A DNA stretch of 63,004 nt, counting the filler, from Stramenopiles sp. TOSAG23-2 (lineage: Eukaryota), in NCBI GenBank assembly GCA_900128395.1. It is 5 parts of 5 records of this genome, joined end to end, with 100 filler letters (N's around TTAATTAATTAA, not from the genome) between each part and the next. Parts side by side here need not be neighbours in the genome. Positions count along the whole stretch, not along the records: positions 25,277 to 37,790 come from LT649848.1; 4 more parts are not named here. One strand, 5' to 3'. Both the position numbers and the translations under genes were made by a program. Under the pieces are notes generated by a model that did not search any database, was not told the origin of the DNA, and saw nothing but the letters and a program-made list of their open reading frames with translations. This document shows positions 25,177 through 34,200 of this stretch, piece after piece; within the stretch, counting starts at the first letter, position 1, and each line of letters starts with the position of its first letter.

Positions 25177-25276
25177 NNNNNNNNNNNNNNNNNNNNNNNN
25201 NNNNNNNNNNNNNNNNNNNNTTAATTAATTAANNNNNNNNNNNNNNNNNNNNNNNNNNNNNNNNNNNNNNNNNNNN
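25177..25276. other. Artificial contig spacer (44N-TTAATTAATTAA-44N)
   Basis: Same construct as at 12557. Confidence 0.97.
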
Positions 25277-25984
25277 TTATTTTTTTGAGTGGTCGCAGAA
25301 TCCTTTCATATTTGGCAGAAAGAATAGAAGAAGCTGCTTCAAGGTGGCTCAAACCAATATGTTCAAAGCACGTTCCAACATAGATTACTCTACTATATCT
25401 ACAATGAACAAATTGCTACGTTTTTGTGATTTTAGCAATTTTATCTTGGAATCAAATGGCTAACATTGAATTCAAAAATTGCTACGCTACAAAAAGAAAA
25501 GAAAATTTGCTTAAAGCACAATGGGTGAACGAAACTTGTAGAGATCTGCAAGCCAAATTGATTAAAATTGCGGCTTTTTGTCACAACCGTGCACTTAAGA
25601 TTTTTTTCCGACTAGTTATCAGCTGCTGTTTACAACAGGATCTTTCTCATCGGCTGCTGTTGACAACAGGATCTTTCTCATCGACAGCTTCACCGTTTTC
25701 GAGTGAACCCGACGTCCAGCGCATTCAACGAACGCGTACGGGAGGATAGAAACCTACCTGTGCTTGTAGATTATTAGAGCGCACACGCGCATTAGAGCTT
25801 TATTATAGCAGGATTAATTCCACTTCTGGGATCGAGTATTGGGCATAGTATTTACCACGGGAGAGATAAAAAATATTATGTCATGTGCTACTGAAAATCT
25901 CACTATCGAAATTTTCTTTCTGCCAAATATGAAAGGATTCTGCGACCACTCAAAAAAATAAACGGAATTTCATACAAAACACCC
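25277..25984. mobile_element. Non-autonomous TIR element (MITE-like), left end cut by the contig edge
   Basis: Perfect 48-bp inverted repeat, 25277-25324 versus 25914-25961. The right arm probably continues to ...CAAAACACCC followed by TATATA (right end is an estimate). No transposase motifs inside; internal 31-bp tandem repeat at about 25622-25682. Confidence 0.8.
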
Positions 25985-26678
25985 TATATACAAAATACAA
26001 AAGCATAGATTATACGACATATACGTATAGATGCTAATTAGAATTATAAATTGTATTATGCATATGACCAAGATATCCTAGAAATCGTTAAATTTAAAAT
26101 GTTTTTTTTTAATAAAAATATATTCTTATTTATTGTTGCTATGTTGCCTATTCATAAATTGTCGTGCTATTTTTTTGAAGTTAAATTTTTACATGATCGA
26201 GTATAATTGCTTCCTATATTTTTATATTCTAAGATACGCCGTGTTGTTGCTGTTTTGTATTTTTCCATAATGTGCTGTGTGTGGTGTAATAAATAATACA
26301 CCGCTGTAAATCATCAAATTATAGACATTGCCATCTGCCAACCCAGCCAATGAAAAAGGACGAACGTGTATTATATTGTAAAATAGCAGCAGAGAGGATG
26401 GAGGTATTCTGGTATTCTGGTATTATTATTATTAGTCTACTATTTTCCTCCACACACCACTACCACTCACTCCTCCTCCCCCACATCGACTACTAAAAAA
26501 TAAAAATTCCTATTATTATATCTATTATTACACCATCTCCTGGTGATGGACCACCACCATCATTCCATTGCCAGTATTTCCTGATTACTCTATAAATATT
26601 CATAAGAAACAATTTATCTACTTAGCTGCAATAGAATATATCAATTACGCATCGTCAAATTACCATATATATTTCCCC

Positions 26679-27734
26679 ATGCCAAAAATAGCCTTGATAA
26701 CCGGGATTACCGGCCAAGATGGTTCATACCTTGCAGAATTGCTTTTAAAGAAAGGTTACAAAGTGCACGGAATTATTCGACGATCTTCTTCGTTTAATAC
26801 TGGGAGGATTGAACACATCTACCAAGACCCGCAGGTTGAAAATCGCATGCTATTTCTTCACTATGGCGACATGACAGATAGTAGTAATATTGCATCACTG
26901 ATTTCTTCTATCAAACCAAACGAAATATACAATTTAGCCGCCCAAAGTCACGTGAAAGTTTCTTTTGAAACGTCAGAATATACCTCCAACGTGGACGCTC
27001 TTGGCACACTACGGCTTTTGAATGCTGTACGATCTGCAAATCTTGAAAGTTCTTGCCGATTGTATCAAGCATCTACCAGTGAGCTGTTTGGGAAAGTTCG
27101 CGAAGTGCCACAGTCGGAAACAACCCCTTTTTATCCACGGTCACCATATGCAGTTGCAAAACAATTTGCATTCTGGATGCTTGTAAACTATAGAGAAGCG
27201 TACGGCATGCATCTTTCTAATGGGATTTTATTTAACCATGAAAGCCCACGAAGAGGGGCTACGTTCGTCACGCGAAAAATTACTAGAGCAGTTGCTAGAA
27301 TCAAATGTAATTTGCAAGATACATTGTATCTAGGTAATATAGATTCGAAGCGAGATTGGGGGCATGCTAAAGATTATGTGGAAGCTATGTGGCTAATTCT
27401 ACAGCAAGATATCCCGGATGATTATGTATGTGCCACTGGAGAAATGCATACGGTACGAGAGTTCGTAGAATTGGCTTTTAGTATAATTGGTGTAGAAATT
27501 GTTTGGCAAGGCGAGAAAGAAAATGAGACTGGCTCATGCAAAAAAACTGGAAGAATTATGGTTAAAATTGATCCAAAATATTACAGACCTACAGAAGTGG
27601 AGCAATTATTAGGAAATGCAGCAAAAGCAACCAAAACATTTGGATGGAAACCAAAAATTACATTTCACGAGTTGGTTAAAGAAATGGTATTAGCAGATGT
27701 TGAGCTAGTGAAGGCGGGTGATTTGATCTCGTAG
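26679..27734 (+). CDS. GMD: GDP-mannose 4,6-dehydratase
   Basis: Start [59 protein letters not shown]. Confidence 0.97.
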   Translation: MPKIALITGITGQDGSYLAELLLKKGYKVHGIIRRSSSFNTGRIEHIYQDPQVENRMLFLHYGDMTDSSNIASLISSIKPNEIYNLAAQSHVKVSFETSEYTSNVDALGTLRLLNAVRSANLESSCRLYQASTSELFGKVREVPQSETTPFYPRSPYAVAKQFAFWMLVNYREAYGMHLSNGILFNHESPRRGATFVTRKITRAVARIKCNLQDTLYLGNIDSKRDWGHAKDYVEAMWLILQQDIPDDYVCATGEMHTVREFVELAFSIIGVEIVWQGEKENETGSCKKTGRIMVKIDPKYYRPTEVEQLLGNAAKATKTFGWKPKITFHELVKEMVLADVELVKAGDLIS

Positions 27735-28290
27735 AAAGTTAGAATTAGCAGAGAAGGAGGGAGGTTGAGGGATTTTTTGTATGATATGATATATATAATA
27801 CGTAATTCAATTCGTTTTTGTGTATAATATATATGCCCCGTTTATCTGAGAGAGGACTTCCGCGGCGGGACAAATAAAATTTTAATATACTAATAAGTAT
27901 AACTTAGGCATATTTTACTATCAAACAACGTGCACTACTATAATTCCTAGCACGTGCGCACGTGCCGCCTTGCCCAAACCAATTTTAGTAGGTTTTTTAA
28001 ACCCTCTCTATCAGCTGGTGTGGTCCACGTTAATTTTTATAAGTACTCAGTGCTGGTAAACGGCACGGCGACGGCGGCGGTAGATGCAAACTGGCACAGA
28101 CGGTCATTATAATCGAGTTTGATAGGTATGTAGTTTTGCACACTAATTTATTAACACTATTAATAATAGAAATTGAACACAGTAATTTATACTTAAATGT
28201 ATGATGTCACTTTCGGTATTTTTACCATCTTGTATATATACCCCAGTATTATAATTTTATATATTAATATCAAATATATATATATGAATA

Positions 28291-31200
28291 TCATATCATT
28301 TCAAACGCATTTTCGTCTTCATCATCATGATTATGTTCGCCGTGTTCGAATGCAGCTGCTGCTAGTAATACACCTTTCGCTTGAGACTCTGTCATATCGA
28401 TTTTTTTATTTCCATTTTTACCACATATAAGGCCAATTACTATCATTGGCCAAGCATATACATCACATGTTGCCCCGTTCGGGCCAGCAGCGACTAGCAT
28501 TGCACTTAAGAAAACCAAACTGAAATAAAGTGCAAATATGGTATTGAAAAACATCATCATGCCCAACTGATAAAACAGATATAAATAACAGAAAAATAGG
28601 AAAAAAGCAGCCCCACCAGTAGTTATTGCACCCATAACTATGGAGACGCCTAAATGCGTCAATGCATCTTGAATCTTTTCGCGCCTTGTGCTATGAGTAC
28701 TACTATGGTAACCATGTGCTAAATGTAAACAATAATCCACCGACATGCCTACAAAAATTGTTACACCTACGGCTTCTATTGCCCCAAAAGTAAACCCAAC
28801 AATACCGAATAAAACTCCTAGTAATGTTATTACAATCATCATGATTGCAACCATCGCATAACCTGAAATTAGCAAATCTCCTGTGAAAACAATAATTGCA
28901 ACCAGGCATATGCCATTCGAAGTTAAAAACGATGCAATTGTGGAATAAATAATTTCTATCTCTGTATCGGAACTTGTAAAATGAGCACTAACAATTTTCC
29001 CATATCCCACTTCCGGTGGTGCAATTGGATTTATTTCATCGTCCAGGAATTTTTTCCATTTTTCATAGTAAGGCATAATTTCAAACGCGCCAACTGAAAG
29101 CTGAACATTAATACGAAAACGAAGAGCAGCCCATATAATTTTACCTTTGTATTTTTCCCCATGTGTCTCAATATCTGGATCGTACACTCCCTTGGTTTGA
29201 ACGAAAAATTGTTCGATTGCCATTGGAAAAAAAGCGGGGGAGATTGGAAATACTTCTACATTTTCAGCCAATTTTTGTATCCAACATTGTTGCGGCCAAT
29301 CCGGTCTTGCTTTTAATGTAACATCTGCCCTTGCTCTTTGACACACTTCAAGTAAAAACGATTGAGCCAATTTTGTTTTCATATCAAATTTGGGATTGAA
29401 GGTGTAGATAGTATTATTTTCCTTATCATAGCCATCTCCAGTATTGTCGATTCCAAATAAAATTGCAAACTCCACGGAATCTCCAAGTGGCACCAGTTTC
29501 ACACTGCAATCTTCGCGGTCAAATCCTTTCATGCATTGACACTCCCCAAATTCATCACAGTCGCCATTACCACTACAGCCATTTGGACAAGTTGGAGTCG
29601 TCGTTGTTGCTAGTTCTGGAGTTGTTATTGTTGCTAGTTCTGGAGTTGCTGTTGTTGGTCGTTGGGTTGGTGCAATAGTACTAGTAGCTGTAGTAGTCAT
29701 AGGGGGTTGTGTTGTTACCGGGGTTAAAGTAAAGTTTTCATGCACAACGATACTATCCGAACTGCCTGAGATCCCGCTGCGTCCACATGATATGGCATAA
29801 AAATCCATTCCGGAAGGAAATTTTCCCAGATCAACGGTTGATACTCCCTCGTTTGTAGCTTGAATTATATTTACAGGCCATATATGCCCTCCACACGTGC
29901 CATTTTGATGACAGAACACATTGCTAGCGTTATGGGACCAACACACGTTTACAGCCGTTCCTGCTTCTATGAATATTTGTATTTTATCTTCACTATGTAT
30001 ATCCACTTTTGTTAATTCTGGAGCTGTTGCTTGTGTAGCCTCTATATCGAATTCAGTTTCTGTTGCGGTACTTTGTGCAGTATGGCAACCTATTGCTTTC
30101 ACAGTTACTTTATCAATGCTTTTGAAAATTGAAGTATACTCAGTTGTAAGCCTGACACTTCCAGTGGTGCAAGCGTCATTGCCATCGGAAGCGCATGATT
30201 CATCGTCATTGCACGCAGCACAACTTGGTGTTGAGCCGTCTGACGTGTAACAAATAAATTTTGCATTTGATGATGAAAGTTGTACTCTGCCTCCATATTT
30301 TAATGTGTTTGTGCTTGTTCCAGACTTTACTTCCGCTAACATATTGACCGGCTGTACTACTTCAAGTGTAAAAGATCCAGTTGCCTTATCACTATTAACA
30401 TCGGCGCATCCAATTGCTGTGATACTTGTAGCAGCAAATATAGCGCTTGTGTCGCCTTCGCTTGCAGATATTTCTGTGCCGGCAGTGCAATTATTAGTCT
30501 CACAAGCTGCGTCGGCACTACCAATACTATAGCATATTCTTACAGCTCCAATTGAACTGAGTGTAACAGCTCCACCTTTTCTTACAGTGTTTGAATCAGT
30601 CTCCGAGTAAAGCACTCCTACCATGTTTACTGCCCCAGCTGTTATTGTTGCAATCGTATACGGTTTTGAGGATACACCCGTTGCTGGTGTATCATTAACA
30701 TTGTCAGTACAAGCTATAGCTTTCACGATTCCATCGCTACTCCCAAGTGCTTGTGTTGGGCCTTTTATTGTCCCGATAGCATTTCCACGATAAACAGGTT
30801 GTGGGGGCGAAATTTTGGAACTTATTTTAGTGCCAGTAGAACAGCCAGTAGTAGTACAAACTGGGTCATTTGCATTATCTACCGTATAACATATGTGGCT
30901 GGCATGCGATGCTTCTAGCTGCATTGATGAACCGTTTGCAATTTCCTTAGAATCTGTATTTAACGATCCATCAAATCGAATCTGCTGCGGCTGAAATACA
31001 GGAGTATACGTGCCAATCGTTATTATATTGCTATTCCCGTTTGGTGGTGGGAGGCAATTTATGGCCTTAATTATTACATTTGATATGGTATCATCACCTT
31101 GGATTATAATTCCGTTGCTATATGTTAATGAATTAGAATCACATTTGCCAGACTCGTCGCAACCAGGATTCGTAGCACCATCCTTTGTGTAGCATTGTTT

Positions 31201-34200
31201 TGTTGTAATGCCACTGTTGTAAGTGGAAGGAGCTGTAAGGGTAATTTGTCCATCTATTCCAGTTTTATCATTATCAGTTAGTACATACTGGGAGGTAGAA
31301 GTACCTCCATTCACAGTATAAATAGTAGGGTCTTCTGCCGTTACGATCGTTGTGATTTTTATTACAGATGAAACTTCACTATGAAAATTGTAATCGTTCG
31401 GTCCTGTATTCATACATCCTATCAATTTATAGTTTGTCGTCTCGCTTGCTACGGAAAATGTAGTTGTAATAGTAGTGCCTTTGCCTATCTTACACCCAGT
31501 GCCGTCGTCCTTACATTCGGGGTCATTAACAGCAGTGGTACCAGTCGCTGATTGATAACATATTTTAGTAGCATTGGTACTTGTCACTGTAACCGTGGCT
31601 CCCACATTGCCTTGTGTAATATCTACAGTTGGGACACCAGCTTTGTCAACTTTGTTGACGTTAACAGCGGTACTAGTTGCTTGACTGTTATGATATCCCC
31701 AATTATGTAATGAACATGCAATTGCCTTGAATTCTTTTGTGCTTGATATGCCACTTATTGATACAGTGGATGATCCTGCTGCATCTATGTACGTTCCTTT
31801 CCCAGCGTTGCATGAAGTCCCTAGCCCATCATTGTTACACTCAGGAGTATTGCCATCGTCTAAGTAACAAAATCCTTTCGGTATTATTTGATCGTTATCA
31901 AAATTAAGAATTGTTTGTGCAGTTGATCCTAATGTTACATCTGCTGCTACTGTAAAATAGTAGTTTGTGGGGGTACTACTGTCAGATTGCATTTTGCCAC
32001 CAGCACCAGCTGCACTACCTGTAACTGTAGGTTCTGTTAATTGCACTGAAACACGATCAAGCTGTTTTGTTCTCATGCTGCTATGTGCATCTGCAGCGTT
32101 TTGGCCCTTGTTCCTACATCCAATTGCTCTAATTTTGAAATTTGTACCCGTTTCTGATGTATCCGTAATTGCATTTGTTGTCACGGTACTTCCCGTAAGA
32201 CTCAATGCATCTCCAACACATGTTCCATTACTATGGCAAGTTGGATCATCTCCACTACTACCAACTCGATAACAAATTCGAACTGCATTCGTTGATGTCA
32301 ATATCACTTGCCCGCCGTGCAATATCTTGCCATCTGCATCAAAATTGCTATTTGAATCATACGCAAACTCAATTGCACCTGCATCAACCGGCTTGAATGA
32401 AATAGTGGATGTGGTACTATAAATTGCGCTATCTGTATCTCTTCCATTCCTCCTTGCACCACATCCAACAGCTTTGATATAATTGCCTACAGTTGTTAAA
32501 GAGTCTGTATTGATCTCCAATTTATAAGTTGGGCTTGTGAAACTTCCCGTTTTAATTGTACTACCAGCTCCACAAGTTGCAGCATTGCTTGTACAACTCG
32601 GTTCGGTACCGTTAATCGTGTAACATATATACCCTGCAAATACAGATTTTATATTCACCGTAGTTCCATATCCAATTTGATTATTGTCATCTATTCCCGA
32701 TATTACAGGGACACCGACAAGATTTGTGACTGAAATTGTGTAAGATTTAATATTTACACTAATTTTATCGCCATATGCTGTATCAATACAACCTCTGGCT
32801 TTTATCACTGTGTTGTGCTTCCTTATAGTGACCATGCCAAAATCCCCAGAAATCGTTTTTGCTTCACCAGTACATGTGCCGTCGTTTCCGCAGGTAGGTT
32901 CTGCACTTTCTCCTTCCTCATGTGCATAGTAACAAATATTGTCTGCATCAACTGCTGAGAGAGTGATATTTTTGCCTTGCGTATCGACATCTTCTAGGCT
33001 GGTTACATCTACGGTTACATCACCAACTGTTTTGGTGACCAATTCAACTTCTTGCGATATAACTGCACTATCTAAATGGCCTTTGCCGTCTCCACATGCA
33101 ATTGCTTTCATGGTGACGCTTGATGTAATCCCGACTGTCTCCCCAGTAGTACCGGCTATCATGGTACCAATCGAGCAGGTAAGAGATGTTGCATTGCACA
33201 CAGGATCATTTGTATCATCGTAACAAATATAATTTGCCGTTGCGGAATTTATGGTAACGGTTCTGCCATAAGATTTTTTAATTTTTGAAGAACCACCTAT
33301 GAAAGTTGGTGCAGCTGCAGTTGTAGTTTCGATTGTTATTTCAATTTCGCTGATACTGCTATGAGCATTGCCAGTAGAGACATCCGTGCATCCCATAGCA
33401 AAATATGTAGTGTTTCCTACTAGATTTGGAATGATTCCTGAGGTCCCTTCAATTTGCGTTGCTCCATTAGGGCATGTACCATCGTTGTTGCAGGTTAAAG
33501 TGCTCGTTCTATAACATATGTTAAATGCGTTAGAGGCGCTGATTGTCAGATTTGTACCCCATGGTCCTGATAACGGGGTAATTTTTGGAGTGGCCACTGA
33601 AATTGCTATACTATCGCAACCATCCCCAGCCCATCCAGCAAAACAGTTGCAACGGAATGTCTCTGAATCGCATGTACCATGCTTATTGCATTGAACAGAT
33701 CCATCGACGGTGGTCCCGGGGCAATTTTCTTCTTTCAACGTTACATCTCGGGGAAATGCTTTGTTTGCCATTTCTAAATCTGCAGGTGTGCTTCCGGCAA
33801 ACTTTGTTTTCATTAAAACTGCAAATCTACCAAGGTTTCTATTTTCTAGAAAAATGGTTGGGGTACCACTTGCCAATTTAAACGATGCTGCGGCTAAGGC
33901 TCCAAACCCGAGAGTAATGCAAATAGTGAAAAGTATTAAGGGAAAACGAAACTTGTGTAAACAATTTGTATAACATCCGTGGCAACATTTTTCTGGTGCA
34001 CTTAATTTTGAAACATCAATTTGATGTCCTTTTTCCCTAAATTTTAAATGTAGACGACTCAAATTTCGGGTAAGCTTACGTTTTGAAATTACTTTTTTAG
34101 AACTCATTTTAAATCGAACGAGTCCTGATACTGTATCTTCTGGAGTAATGGATGCGTTGATGTTTTTTTTTCCACAGCATTTTTTCTTAATGAATTTCAT

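Noticed and set aside
25426..25749. 107-aa ORF inside the TIR element as a transposase or Fanzor/TnpB
   Set aside because: GTG start, no DDE, RuvC or zinc-finger motifs, and the homologous copy at 55.7 kb does not preserve the frame.
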